Assembly (NCBI GenBank): GCA_016194285.1
Contig: JACQBZ010000028.1
Span: forward strand, 25,320-89,319
Reading direction: 5' to 3'
Length of the DNA: 64,000 bases
Source: Nitrospirota bacterium
GTDB lineage: Bacteria > Nitrospirota > Nitrospiria > JACQBZ01
A program made the translations under genes and the position numbers. Of this stretch, positions 39,660 to 49,668 are shown in pieces; positions within the stretch are counted from its first letter, which is position 1, and each line of letters opens with the position of its first letter. The notes under the pieces are model-generated. The model was not told the origin of the DNA. It ran no database searches and saw nothing but the letters and a program-made list of their open reading frames with translations.

Positions 39660-42209
39660 ATGAAGAAGATGCTCGCAACCGCGTTGGTTTCAATGATCTG
39701 CGCGTTGGGGATCACCGCCTGCAGCGGAGGGGGCGGCAGTTCATCGGGAAGCGCCGGAGGTTCCGTGACCGGCTTCAGCGTGCCGACCGAGATATCGGCC
39801 GTGCCGACGAATCAGTCCGGGGGGGGTGTTCAGGCGACCTTGAAATCCAAGCTCGTCGCCTTGCAGGCGGCGACCGATCCTGGAACGGATTACAGCAACG
39901 CGAAGACCGTAAAGTTCGTGGAGGAGCGCACGCTTGAACAGTTTGATATCATCGAGCAGATCATGAAGGCGTTGGCTCAAACGAAATACGCCGACCCGGC
40001 GAACGTCAATCAAGGGCCCTACAAGGCCATGATCGCCTGGCAGGACAACCAAAACGGTGTTGAAACTAAAACGCTGGAGCCCTGGGTGGTGGATTCCAGC
40101 ATGATCGTGGAAAACGGTCAAAACGTGAATCGCGTGCAGGTCTGGGTGGAAGAGCCGGATGAAATGGGAGGAACGCGCGTCGTCAAAGCCGAATTTAAGA
40201 TCTATGCCTCGGCGACCCAACGGAGCGACGGTTCCTATCAGGATTACGGCGTCTGGACACTGAACGTCAAATTTGACGACGCGGCGACCTCCTTCTTCGC
40301 GGCCGACGCCTCGATCGGACCGAACGGGGAAACGATTCTCAAGCTCCACGAGAACTCGATTGAAAACCAGGTGCTGCATGTGGCGAAAGCCATATTGAAC
40401 AAATCCGACACGCAGGGGTTCGGACAGGTGCTCTATCCGGACTGGAGCAACTGCATGGATCTGAACTGCATTCCGACGTCGGTGACGGCGAAGTACGTAT
40501 ACGACGCGAATGATCTCGGGGTGCAAAAAGGAAGCGATCCCGTGGCCTATAAAGACCGCAACACCGTCGTCGAGATGACACACCGCTACGGGCTGTTTGA
40601 CAGCGTCACGGGCGATGATGTCATGAGGACGAAGTCGTTCGGTTTCCCGGTCCAGTTTACACTCAACGGCGTGAATCAATTCGCCTATTACGGCGCCTGG
40701 CAGGGGCGGCATCAGCTCTGGGCCGGACAGGGCGCGACGGTGCCGGCCGGGACGGTCGTGACCCGTCAGGACCGGGGCTCGAATCAGGCCCCCGAGACGT
40801 ATACCGTATCGGCGCCTTTTATCGGGACCTTGACGAAGCGGACGTTGGTGCTGGCCGATATCAACGATCTCCTGAACATTCCCGTGGAGACCTGGGTTAA
40901 TATGAATTCCAACCTTCAGTATGACGGTTCTCAATGGGTGGATTGCAAGAATCCGGACTTCAGCACCTTCCCGCCCACCTGCGGCGCGGGATCGGCTCCG
41001 TTCACCGATTTCAGCTCTCTGACGTTCAATCCCAACGACCATCGGAAGTTCATCGGGATTAACCGATGGGACAACGCCAGCCAGACGAACCTCGACTATG
41101 TTTATGAGTCCAACGGACCGTCGGGCGCCGGGTTCTATGTCGCGACCCGTGATCCGAACACCGGAAACCTGACCCCCACCGCAACATTATTTTCTCCGGT
41201 CGCCGGGGATCAGTTGTGGGTGAATATCGGCGGATCGATCTATATCATGTATACCGGAACTGGTGCGACCGGCTGGGTGCAAAAAACGCTGCTAAGTTTC
41301 GATGACAGTACTTGGACTCCCGTCTTTGATCCTACAGGAGACGTTGATTATACCCTGCCGCTGGATCGGGAATATTACATCAACAACAGCGGGGCCAATT
41401 ATGTCGTCAAAAGAACGGCGTCCGGATACGATGTCAAGATCGAACTCCAGACCGTGGCCAATCCGGTCAATGCGACCTCGTTCCTTGATCCGAACACACG
41501 GTTTATGGTCCAATGGGCGGCCTGGGGGGACGGCGTCAATTCAACCTATCGGTTTGAAACATCGAGCGGCAGCCCCGATTTTCTGAAGCTCGTTTATAAC
41601 ACGGTGGGATCCAATGACGCCAACCTGCTGAATGCCTCGGGTCAGCCGGTCCAAGCCGGCGATGTTCTCGCTCAAGGCCAATGGGGACTGATGGCCTATG
41701 TGAATGGCGTCAGCACCGGCATTCAGTACAACTGGGAATACCCGCGAGCGGGCGAGACGTGGGGAATACTGACTTACCTGATCGATTCCAACAATGCCTA
41801 CAAGCTGTTGGATGATCCGATCCGGTTGGACCCGATGACCCTGACCAACAACGGGGGCATTTCCAAAGTCTTGTCGCTACAGTACGACGGCTGGATGCAC
41901 GGTCTGCCGGATCTGTATGAAGATCTGAGAAAGAATGATTTTGTGATGACGGCCGATATTTCCAGCAAGATCATCAATATTCCGGACGGGACGGTCGCGA
42001 CCGATTCGATCGATCCGGCCAAGAGCTACCTCATCAAGCCGCTCGAGATCAGCCAGTTCCTCAACGTGGTGGCCGATCCCGGCACGCTGGATATGACGGT
42101 CGCCGACACCGTGGATCTCTCGACTGTTCCAAATTTCGTCGAGCATAACATGGGACCGATGCCGCCGGTGACGGGGGTGAAGTACTCGGAGGGAATCTTG
42201 GTGCAGTAA
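39660..42209 (+). CDS. Large (849 aa) hypothetical lipoprotein
   Basis: RBS GGGAGGAGG; lipobox ITA-C then Gly/Ser linker; rich in T/D/N/G/Y/W; no recognisable catalytic motif. Confidence 0.85.
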   Translation: MKKMLATALVSMICALGITACSGGGGSSSGSAGGSVTGFSVPTEISAVPTNQSGGGVQATLKSKLVALQAATDPGTDYSNAKTVKFVEERTLEQFDIIEQIMKALAQTKYADPANVNQGPYKAMIAWQDNQNGVETKTLEPWVVDSSMIVENGQNVNRVQVWVEEPDEMGGTRVVKAEFKIYASATQRSDGSYQDYGVWTLNVKFDDAATSFFAADASIGPNGETILKLHENSIENQVLHVAKAILNKSDTQGFGQVLYPDWSNCMDLNCIPTSVTAKYVYDANDLGVQKGSDPVAYKDRNTVVEMTHRYGLFDSVTGDDVMRTKSFGFPVQFTLNGVNQFAYYGAWQGRHQLWAGQGATVPAGTVVTRQDRGSNQAPETYTVSAPFIGTLTKRTLVLADINDLLNIPVETWVNMNSNLQYDGSQWVDCKNPDFSTFPPTCGAGSAPFTDFSSLTFNPNDHRKFIGINRWDNASQTNLDYVYESNGPSGAGFYVATRDPNTGNLTPTATLFSPVAGDQLWVNIGGSIYIMYTGTGATGWVQKTLLSFDDSTWTPVFDPTGDVDYTLPLDREYYINNSGANYVVKRTASGYDVKIELQTVANPVNATSFLDPNTRFMVQWAAWGDGVNSTYRFETSSGSPDFLKLVYNTVGSNDANLLNASGQPVQAGDVLAQGQWGLMAYVNGVSTGIQYNWEYPRAGETWGILTYLIDSNNAYKLLDDPIRLDPMTLTNNGGISKVLSLQYDGWMHGLPDLYEDLRKNDFVMTADISSKIINIPDGTVATDSIDPAKSYLIKPLEISQFLNVVADPGTLDMTVADTVDLSTVPNFVEHNMGPMPPVTGVKYSEGILVQ

Positions 42210-42222
42210 GACATCCGGAGGG

Positions 42223-42256
42223 AAAGGGGGGTGCCTCACGGCACCCCCCCTTTTTA
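42223..42256 (+). terminator. Intrinsic terminator
   Basis: GGGGGGTGCC-TCAC-GGCACCCCCC then TTTTT. Confidence 0.8.
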
Positions 42257-42289
42257 TTCGGGTGGTTGCAGGGAAATTACTTCACGGCA

Positions 42290-42745
42290 TCATAAATAAG
42301 TCCAGCGGCTGAAGGTCGCGGCCTGGCCGCGGTACCGATCCTGCTCGTCGAGCAGATTCCAGACGATGGCTTTTTCGACCCGGAAGCGTCGGCCTGTTTT
42401 GGAAATTCGCACCCCTCGATAGCCGTCCATAAAACCTTTCTTCGACACCTCGGACAGAAGTCTTGCGCGCTCGGCCTGTTCCATCGGCTCGGCCGTGAGG
42501 CACGACGGTGTTTTTGTGAACTCCTCCCACGACATTTCCCAGAGCGTCAACGCCGCCTGATTGCCGTAATTCAGAACAGGATCGTCTTCGGTACCGTGCG
42601 AGATGACGACGAACGGCATGTTGAACAAGCGCCGGGTCAGTTCTTCCGGCGAGCCGGAAGCCGGAATCAGATCCCGCCCCGTCCAACGCCGATAGCTTGA
42701 GAGCAGGCGCTGCGTGTGATCAATCAGAAAAGCCGAGATCACCAC
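42290..42745 (-). CDS. Stand-alone MEKHLA domain protein
   Basis: SHGTEDDPVLNYGNQAALTLWE, PSCLTAEP, YRGVRISKTGRRF, GQAATF. Confidence 0.9.
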   Translation of the reverse strand: MVISAFLIDHTQRLLSSYRRWTGRDLIPASGSPEELTRRLFNMPFVVISHGTEDDPVLNYGNQAALTLWEMSWEEFTKTPSCLTAEPMEQAERARLLSEVSKKGFMDGYRGVRISKTGRRFRVEKAIVWNLLDEQDRYRGQAATFSRWTYL

Positions 42746-43710
42746 GCATAGGCCTCGGGCGCCTCGCCGCCGTGGCCGGGCCAGATCGCGTCGAGCGCCT
42801 TCATCGTCGGTTCATCCAGATGAACTTCGACCGCGCGGAGGCTGTCCTTGAGTTGATCCATCGTGCGGGGCCCGATGATCGGTGCGGTGACGGAGGGGTT
42901 CGCCAGGAGCCAGGCCAGGGCCACAACGGCAGGCGGTTCGCCAATCTGTTTGCAGAAGGCTTCGTACCGTTCGATCTGCGGCCGGTGCTTCTCTGCAAGG
43001 GCCAGGGTCTCCGAATCGGCGCGACGGCCTTTCGTGGCTTTCTTCAACGTGCCACCAAGAATGCCGCCTGCAAGCGGGCTCCAAGGGATGAGACCCAGAC
43101 CATATTCGCGGCAGGCCGGGATCACTTCCAGTTCGATCATGCGGTTTTGCAGGCTGTAGATGCTCTGCTCACTGACCAGCCCCAAGAAATGGCGCCGGGC
43201 AGCTGTCTGGTTGGCGGTTGCGATCTGCCAGCCGGCAAAGTTGCTGCTGCCGACATAGACCACCTTGCCTTCGCGCACCAATTGCTCCATCGCTTGCCAG
43301 ATTTCCTCCCACGGCGTGTCGCGATCGATGTGGTGCATCTGGTAGAGATCGATATGATCGGTCCGGAGCCGTCGGAGGCTCTCTTCACAGGCCCGCCGGA
43401 TATGATAGGCCGAAAGGGCCCGCTCGTTGGGCCGGTCGCCCATCCGGCCGTAAACCTTCGTCGCCAGCACGATCGCCTCCCGTCGGCCGCCGCCCTGCTC
43501 GAGCCATTGGCCGATGATCTGCTCCGTCCAGCCCTCCCCTTTCTTCCATCCGTAGACATTGGCGGTGTCGAAGAAGTTGATTCCGAGCGCCAACGCCTCA
43601 TCCATGATGGCATGGCTCTCTTTTTCAGTGGTTTCAGGCCCGAAGTTCATCGTGCCGAGACAGAGACGGCTAACCTGCAGTCCGGTTCGTCCGAGTTTTG
43701 TATAGAGCAT
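42739..43710 (-). CDS. Aldo/keto reductase
   Basis: LCLGTMNFG, FFDTANVY, LATKV, IDLYQMH, WSPLAGG. Confidence 0.93.
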   Translation of the reverse strand: MLYTKLGRTGLQVSRLCLGTMNFGPETTEKESHAIMDEALALGINFFDTANVYGWKKGEGWTEQIIGQWLEQGGGRREAIVLATKVYGRMGDRPNERALSAYHIRRACEESLRRLRTDHIDLYQMHHIDRDTPWEEIWQAMEQLVREGKVVYVGSSNFAGWQIATANQTAARRHFLGLVSEQSIYSLQNRMIELEVIPACREYGLGLIPWSPLAGGILGGTLKKATKGRRADSETLALAEKHRPQIERYEAFCKQIGEPPAVVALAWLLANPSVTAPIIGPRTMDQLKDSLRAVEVHLDEPTMKALDAIWPGHGGEAPEAYAW

Positions 43711-43905
43711 CGCGAGATGATCCTTCCTGACTTTTTAAAAACCTACGCTTTTTGAGGGAAGAATGTCAAGAGCCGGAACCCTACCGATCGTCCAAGGTTG
43801 CTCATGGTGCTCCATAAAGCGCTTGCAAAGAACGCCGAAATCGTATAGGATGATAGGTCTTCAATTCTAAAGGTAAAATCGTTATGGCCGGGGCCATGAA
43901 TCAGC

Positions 43906-45066
43906 ATGAATAAGAAAGATAAGAAGGATAATAAAAGCATCGCACAATTACGGCGGCTGATCGACAAGCTGGATGAACAGGTCCTGGAACTTCTGAATAA
44001 GCGGGCCAAGATCGTCATGCAGATCGGCAAGCTCAAGAAGGTCAGCCTGTCCGATCTGCATGCCCCCGCGCGCGAAATGGAAATTTACGAACGGCTTTCG
44101 CGTTTGAACAAGGGACCATTTCCGAAGGAGGCCCTCCGCGCCGTCTATCGCGAGATCATCTCGGCCTCGCTCTCTTTGGAGGGCCCGCTCAAAGTGGCCT
44201 ATCTCGGTCCGAAGGCGACCTTCACCCATCTCGCCAGCCAGCGGCAGTTCGGTTTCTCGGCCTCGTATGTTCCGGTGAACAGCATCAAGGATGTCTTCAG
44301 CGAGGTGGAACGGGGGAGGGCCGATTACGGTGTGGTCCCGATCGAAAACTCGACCGAAGGGGTGGTGAATCATACGCTGGACATGTTCGTCGACTCGCCG
44401 TTGAAGATCGTGGGCGAGGTGATGCAGGAGGTGTCGCTCCACCTGATGAACAAGAGCGGAAAGATGGAGGATGTGAAGCATATCTACTCCCATCCGCAGC
44501 CGTTCGCTCAATGCCGGGTCTGGCTGGAGAACCACCTGCCCCATATCCCGACGACGGAGGTCTACAGCACCGCCCGGGCGGCCGAGCTCTGCAACGAAGA
44601 TGCGTCCGCCGCGGCGATCGCCTCCGAGCTGGCGGCCCGGCTGTACGATCTCCAGATCATCCAGCGGCGGATCGAGGACAACATCAACAACTTCACGCGG
44701 TTCCTGATCATCTCGTCCAAGGGTCTCGGCCGGACCGGCCGGGATAAGACCTCGGTCATGTTCACGATCCGCGACCGGGTCGGCGCGCTGCATGACATGC
44801 TGCAACCTTTCTCCCAGCATGGGATCAATCTGACCAAGATCGAATCCCGGCCGTCGAGGAAAAAGGCCTGGGAATATATCTTCTTTGTGGATCTCGAAGG
44901 GCATCAGGACGATGACCGGGTGAGACGCGCGCTGGAGCAGCTCAACGAGCAATGTCTTTTCTTAAAGGTGCTGGGATCTTATCCGGCGGCCAAAGAAAAA
45001 GAACGTGAGCGAGAGGGGGAGGCTCCATCCGGCTTGGCCGGTGGAGGGGGCGACGTGAGCCCCTAA
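43906..45066 (+). CDS. pheA: Chorismate mutase / prephenate dehydratase (P-protein) with repeat-derived C-terminal tail
   Basis: LRRLIDKLD (CM), YLGPKATF, PIENSTEG, NFTRF, NLTKIESRP, KVLGSYP. Confidence 0.95.
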   Translation: MNKKDKKDNKSIAQLRRLIDKLDEQVLELLNKRAKIVMQIGKLKKVSLSDLHAPAREMEIYERLSRLNKGPFPKEALRAVYREIISASLSLEGPLKVAYLGPKATFTHLASQRQFGFSASYVPVNSIKDVFSEVERGRADYGVVPIENSTEGVVNHTLDMFVDSPLKIVGEVMQEVSLHLMNKSGKMEDVKHIYSHPQPFAQCRVWLENHLPHIPTTEVYSTARAAELCNEDASAAAIASELAARLYDLQIIQRRIEDNINNFTRFLIISSKGLGRTGRDKTSVMFTIRDRVGALHDMLQPFSQHGINLTKIESRPSRKKAWEYIFFVDLEGHQDDDRVRRALEQLNEQCLFLKVLGSYPAAKEKEREREGEAPSGLAGGGGDVSP

Positions 45067-45069
45067 AAA
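45007..45069 (+). repeat. GAGCGAGAGGGGGAGGCTCC repeat, copy A (inside pheA 3' end)
   Basis: Near-identical to 46103-46188 (+) and 56311-56376 (-). Confidence 0.9.
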
Positions 45070-45072
45070 AAG

Positions 45073-46079
45073 ATGATCGAGATCGGTAAACATATCGAAG
45101 GAATCGAGCCTTACAAACCGGGCAAGCCGCTGGAAGAATTGGAACGCGAACTCGGGATCAAGGATGCGATCAAACTGGCCTCGAATGAAAACCCGCTCGG
45201 CCCGTCAAAGAAGGCCCTGGCCGTTTTAAAAAAGGGATCGGCCCGGAGCAGGTGATCCTCGGGAACGGTTCGGACGAGATCATGGATCTGGCGGCCAAGA
45301 CTTTTCTGGAGCCGGGCGATGAAGCGATCCTCGGTGATTTGACGTTTGCGATCTATCGCATCAGTGTGACGGCCCATCACGGCGTCGCTGTCCGCGTTCC
45401 GCTTCGGGACGGTTGCTACGACCTGGAGGCGATGGCGCGCCGGTTGACGCCCCTCACCCGTCTGGTCTTCATCTGCAATCCGAACAACCCGACAGGGACG
45501 ATGGTCACCCGGCGGGAGTTGGATCGCTTGTTGAACCACCTGCCCTCCAATGTTCTCGTGGTCATGGACGAGGCCTATGCCGAATACGCCGACGACCCGG
45601 AATTTCCGAACACGATCGAGGACGTGAGGCGGGGCGCGCCGGTCCTGGTTCTCCGGACCTTCTCCAAGATGTACGGCCTGGCCGGTCTCCGGATCGGATA
45701 CGGTCTGTCGACGCCGGAAGTGGTCGAGGCGATGAATCGCGTCCGGCTTCCGTTCAATACCAACAGCCTGGCCCAGTCTGCGGCCCTGGCGGCTTTATCG
45801 GACGAGACCCACGTGGCTCGAAGCCTTCGGGTCAACCGCGAGGGGCGGCGTTACCTGTCCGAATCGTTCAAGGCCCTTGACCTGAGATTTTTTCCGAGCC
45901 AGGCCAACTTTATCTATGTCGATACCGGCCGGAAGGGTGAGGCCGTGTACGAAAAGCTTCTGAGAAAAGGCGTGATCGTCCGTCATATCCAGGGATCGTG
46001 GTTGCGGATTTCGATCGGCCGGCCGGCCGAGAACCGGCGGTTTGTGAAAGCGCTGGCCGACGTCTTGAAAACGAAGTAA
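45073..46079 (+). pseudogene. hisC: Histidinol-phosphate aminotransferase, split by an internal deletion/frameshift (or assembly error)
   Basis: 5' piece [13 protein letters not shown]; 3' piece GNGSDE, CNPNNPTG, DEAY, RTFSKMYGLAGLRIG; frames differ at about 45234 and the RYPD segment is absent. Confidence 0.8.
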
Positions 46080-46102
46080 AACTATTTACCAGCTCGCAAA
46101 GC

Positions 46103-46188
46103 GAGCGAGAGGGGGAGGCTCCATCCGGCTTTGCCGGCCTGCATGCTGCGGTTCGCAGCAGACATGTGGAGGGGGCGACGCTAGCCCC
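46103..46188 (+). repeat. Repeat copy B (intergenic hisC-aroF) with 29-bp palindromic insert
   Basis: Same core as copy A, with CCTGCATGCTGCGGTTCGCAGCAGACATG inserted at 46138-46166. Confidence 0.88.
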
Positions 46189-46211
46189 GATCAAATGAGA
46201 AAGGGAGTTCC

Positions 46212-47228
46212 ATGATTATTGTCTTGAAACCGAACGCCACCGAGAAAGAGATCAACCATATTATCGACAAACTGAAAGAGTACGGCCTCAAGCCCCACGT
46301 CTCCCGAGGCGAGGAGCGCGTCATCATCGGAGCGATCGGGGATGAGCGCCAACTGGCCAGTCAGCCGCTGTCCATCTTCCCAGGCGTCGAGAAGGTGATG
46401 CCGATTCTGTCTCCGTACAAGCTGGTCAGCCGCGAATTTAAAAAGGCCGATTCCGTGGTGGAGGTGAACAAGAACGTCAAGATCGGCGGGAAGAAGGTTC
46501 ATGTGATGGCCGGTCCCTGCGCCGTCGAAAAACAGGATCTGCTGATCCATATCGCGCAACAGGTGAAGGAGGCCGGGGCGACGATCCTTCGCGGCGGCGC
46601 CTTCAAGCCGCGGACCTCGCCTTACAGCTTTCAGGGCCTCGAGGAGAAAGGCCTGGAGTTTCTCGTGGAGGCCAGGAAAAAGACCGGGCTTCCGATCGTG
46701 ACCGAGGTGGTGGACCCTCGCGACGTGGCGCTGGTGGCCGAGCATGCCGACATCCTCCAGGTCGGCGCGCGAAACATGCAGAACTTTCGGCTGCTGACCG
46801 AGGTGGGAGCCTATGACAAGCCGGTGCTGCTGAAGCGGGGCCTGTCGGCCACGATCAAGGAGTTCCTGCTCTCGGCCGAGTACATCATGGCGCGGGGCAA
46901 TCATAAGGTGATCCTTTGCGAACGGGGGATCCGGACGTTTGAGACCGCCACCCGAAACACCCTCGATCTGTCCGCAGTACCGGTGATCAAGGGCTTGAGC
47001 CACCTGCCGATCATCGTGGATCCCAGCCATGCGACCGGCCGGTGGGAGCTGGTCGTTCCCCTCGCGCGGGCGGCCGTGGCGGCCGGCGCGGACGGCATCA
47101 TGGTGGAGGTCCATCAAAATCCGGAAGAGGCCCTCTGCGACGGTGAGGAGTCGATCAAGCCGAATAAGTTCAAGACCATGATGGGCGAGATTCGGAAGAT
47201 TGCCGATGCGATTGGCCGCGAAATCTAG
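46212..47228 (+). CDS. aroF: DAHP synthase type I-beta (second copy)
   Basis: [43 protein letters not shown]. Confidence 0.95.
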   Translation: MIIVLKPNATEKEINHIIDKLKEYGLKPHVSRGEERVIIGAIGDERQLASQPLSIFPGVEKVMPILSPYKLVSREFKKADSVVEVNKNVKIGGKKVHVMAGPCAVEKQDLLIHIAQQVKEAGATILRGGAFKPRTSPYSFQGLEEKGLEFLVEARKKTGLPIVTEVVDPRDVALVAEHADILQVGARNMQNFRLLTEVGAYDKPVLLKRGLSATIKEFLLSAEYIMARGNHKVILCERGIRTFETATRNTLDLSAVPVIKGLSHLPIIVDPSHATGRWELVVPLARAAVAAGADGIMVEVHQNPEEALCDGEESIKPNKFKTMMGEIRKIADAIGREI

Positions 47229-47256
47229 TAAGGGCACGGCGCGCCGTGCCCCTTAT
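47228..47256. repeat. REP-like palindrome
   Basis: Perfect 20-bp palindrome GGGCACGGCGCGCCGTGCCC (47232-47251) preceded by GTAA. Confidence 0.65.
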
Positions 47257-48153
47257 ATGATGATGTCCAAAAAACGCTTGTTCCGAAAGATCGTCATCGT
47301 GGGAGTCGGTCTGATCGGCGGGTCCCTCGGGATGGCCGCCCGAAAGAAACGCCTGGCGGACATGATCATCGGTGTAGGACCCCGCGCCGATGAGTTGAGA
47401 CGGGCGGTTGCGCGGAAGGCGGTTGATCGGTACGAAACGGATTTCCGGAAGCTTGAAAAGGCGGTTCATAAAGCGGACCTGGTGATCCTGGCCACACCGG
47501 TGGGACAATTGGAGGCCGTGTCCCGCGAGTTGGCCCCCTGCCTTTCGGAAGGAACCGTCGTCACGGATGTGGGCAGCGTCAAAGGCTACCTGGTCCGTCA
47601 TCTGGAAGAACGGTTTTCCCCCGATCCCTCGAATCGGTCGCCCTTTGTGGGGGGGCATCCGATCGCAGGCCATGAAAAATCCGGCATCGAGGCGGCCTCG
47701 GCGAATCTGTTCACGGGTGCCCTCTGCATTCTGACGCCGACCGACCGCACCTCTCCCGAGGCTTTCAAAAAAGTTCAACGGTTCTGGGAGGCGATCGGGG
47801 TCAAGACCGTTTCGATGGATCCCGACGCGCACGATCGGATCTTGGCCGTTGTGAGCCATCTGCCGCATCTGATCGCGTACGCCCTGGTCAATACCGCTCT
47901 CGAACTTCAGTCCAAGAGCGGCGATCTCCTGTCCTACTCGGCGGGCGGCTTCCGGGATTTCACCCGCGTGGCATCCAGCTCCCCCGAGATGTGGCGGGAC
48001 ATCTGCATGGCCAACCGGGAAAATCTGTTGGCCGTCATCGAGGCCTATGAGAAAACCCTGGACCGATTTAAGCGGCTCTTGGTTGAGGGCCATGCGGAAG
48101 GACTTCGTCGCGAATTTGAACGAGCCAAAACGGCGAAGGAAAAATTCAATTGA
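47257..48153 (+). CDS. tyrA: Prephenate/arogenate dehydrogenase
   Basis: GVGLIGGS, TDVGSVK, GGHPIAG, HDRILAVVSHLPH, GGFRDFTRVASS.PEMW. Confidence 0.93.
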   Translation: MMMSKKRLFRKIVIVGVGLIGGSLGMAARKKRLADMIIGVGPRADELRRAVARKAVDRYETDFRKLEKAVHKADLVILATPVGQLEAVSRELAPCLSEGTVVTDVGSVKGYLVRHLEERFSPDPSNRSPFVGGHPIAGHEKSGIEAASANLFTGALCILTPTDRTSPEAFKKVQRFWEAIGVKTVSMDPDAHDRILAVVSHLPHLIAYALVNTALELQSKSGDLLSYSAGGFRDFTRVASSSPEMWRDICMANRENLLAVIEAYEKTLDRFKRLLVEGHAEGLRREFERAKTAKEKFN

Positions 48154-48154
48154 G

Positions 48155-49450
48155 ATGAAATCGGTCGCGGTCAGAAAAAGTCGGGGGATTCGGGGAACGA
48201 TCTCGGCGCCCGGAGATAAATCGATCACCCACCGCGCGATCATCCTGGGCTCGCTCGCGCGCGGGACCACGGTGGTCAACGGATATCTGCCTTCCGAGGA
48301 CTGTCTGCATACCGTCTCGGCCTTCCGTTCGATGGGCATTTCCATCGAAGAAGTCCAAACGGCCGGTGGTCCACTGCGGATCGACGGGAAAGGGCTTCAC
48401 GGCCTTTCCGAACCGTCGGCCGTCTTGGATTTGGGAAATTCCGGCACGGGGCTGAGGCTTCTGACCGGCGTCCTGGCCGGCCAGGATTTTTTTTCGGTCT
48501 TGACCGGAGACGAATCGCTGCGGCGTCGACCCATGCGGCGGGTGGTCGATCCACTCCGGCGGATGGGGGCCGAAATCAACGGTCGGGAGGGTGGAAATTT
48601 GGCGCCGTTGGGCGTTCGGGGACGGCGGCTGAAAGGCATCGCCTATGCTTTACCGGTAGCCAGCGCGCAGGTCAAGTCGGCCCTGCTTCTGGCCGGATTG
48701 CTGGCGGAGGGCCGAACCGTCTTGACCGAACCGCTGCCGTCTCGCGATCATACCGAGCGGATGTTTCGCGGGCTTGGGATTTCCGTTGAGATCAAAGGGG
48801 CGGAACTTTCGCTGGAACCGCCGTCTGAATTTGCCGGCTGTGAAATCGATGTCCCGGGGGATTTCTCATCCGCTGCTTTTTTTATCGTGGCCGCCACGAT
48901 TGTGAAAGATTCGGAGCTGGTGATCCGCCATGTGGGCGTCAATCCCACGCGCACCGGTCTTCTAAATCTGCTTTCCGAAATGGGGGCCGAGATCCGTATC
49001 GAGAACCGCCGCGAGGTCAATCAGGAACCGGTCGCGGATCTGGTGGTGCGGTCGCGGCCGCTCAAGGGGATCCCGATTCGGCCCGAGAGCGTGCCGAAGA
49101 CGATCGATGAATTTCCGATCCTGTGCGTCGCCGCGGCCGTGGCGGAGGGCGAGACCGTCGTCCGGGGCGCGGAAGAGCTTCGCGTGAAGGAAACGGACCG
49201 GATCCAGGCCATCGTCCGCGAGCTTTCCAAACTGGGCGTCGACCTGAAAGAACTTCCGGATGGGCTGGTAATCCGGGGGGGCCGAAAACTTTCGGGGGCC
49301 CGGTGTCTGAGCTACGGCGATCACCGCATCGCAATGGCCCTGGCCATCGCCGGTCTGGTCGCCGAGGGCGAGACCGTGGTGGAAGGGACCGAATGGATCG
49401 AGACCTCCTTTCCCGGCTTCGAACGGCTCCTCCGGTCGGTCGGACAGTAA
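48155..49450 (+). CDS. aroA: EPSP synthase
   Basis: PGDKSITHRA, GNSGTG, RRPM, SAQVKSA, DEFP, RVKETDRI, DHRIAM. Confidence 0.97.
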   Translation: MKSVAVRKSRGIRGTISAPGDKSITHRAIILGSLARGTTVVNGYLPSEDCLHTVSAFRSMGISIEEVQTAGGPLRIDGKGLHGLSEPSAVLDLGNSGTGLRLLTGVLAGQDFFSVLTGDESLRRRPMRRVVDPLRRMGAEINGREGGNLAPLGVRGRRLKGIAYALPVASAQVKSALLLAGLLAEGRTVLTEPLPSRDHTERMFRGLGISVEIKGAELSLEPPSEFAGCEIDVPGDFSSAAFFIVAATIVKDSELVIRHVGVNPTRTGLLNLLSEMGAEIRIENRREVNQEPVADLVVRSRPLKGIPIRPESVPKTIDEFPILCVAAAVAEGETVVRGAEELRVKETDRIQAIVRELSKLGVDLKELPDGLVIRGGRKLSGARCLSYGDHRIAMALAIAGLVAEGETVVEGTEWIETSFPGFERLLRSVGQ

Positions 49451-49469
49451 GGACGGGTGCCGAATTATG

Positions 49470-49668
49470 AGGCTGCTCAAAACGTCCCGGCTGCGAGGCC
49501 GCAGGGCCGAGGCGACCGGAGCGTACGAAACAGGTACGTGAGGATCGCCGAGGGCCGAGAAACCGCACCGCACGGCGACAGCGGCGCGGAATATAATCAA
49601 TCAGCGCCGAAGGCGCGACTTTTCGGTTCGCCGTCTTCGGCAACAAAGCAGATGGGCGTTTTCAGCAG
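49470..49668. mobile_element. ~200-bp MITE-like repeat overlapping the cmk start
   Basis: Terminal inverted repeats CTGCTCAAAACGTCC (49473-49487) / GGGCGTTTTCAGCAG (49654-49668), 13/15; internal CGTAC..GTACG palindrome. Confidence 0.65.

Noticed and set aside
39660..42209. Multiheme cytochrome or multicopper oxidase
   Set aside because: No CxxCH or HxH copper motifs.
45007..46188. CRISPR array from the GAGCGAGAGGGGG repeats
   Set aside because: Copies are dispersed, with no regular spacers and no cas genes.
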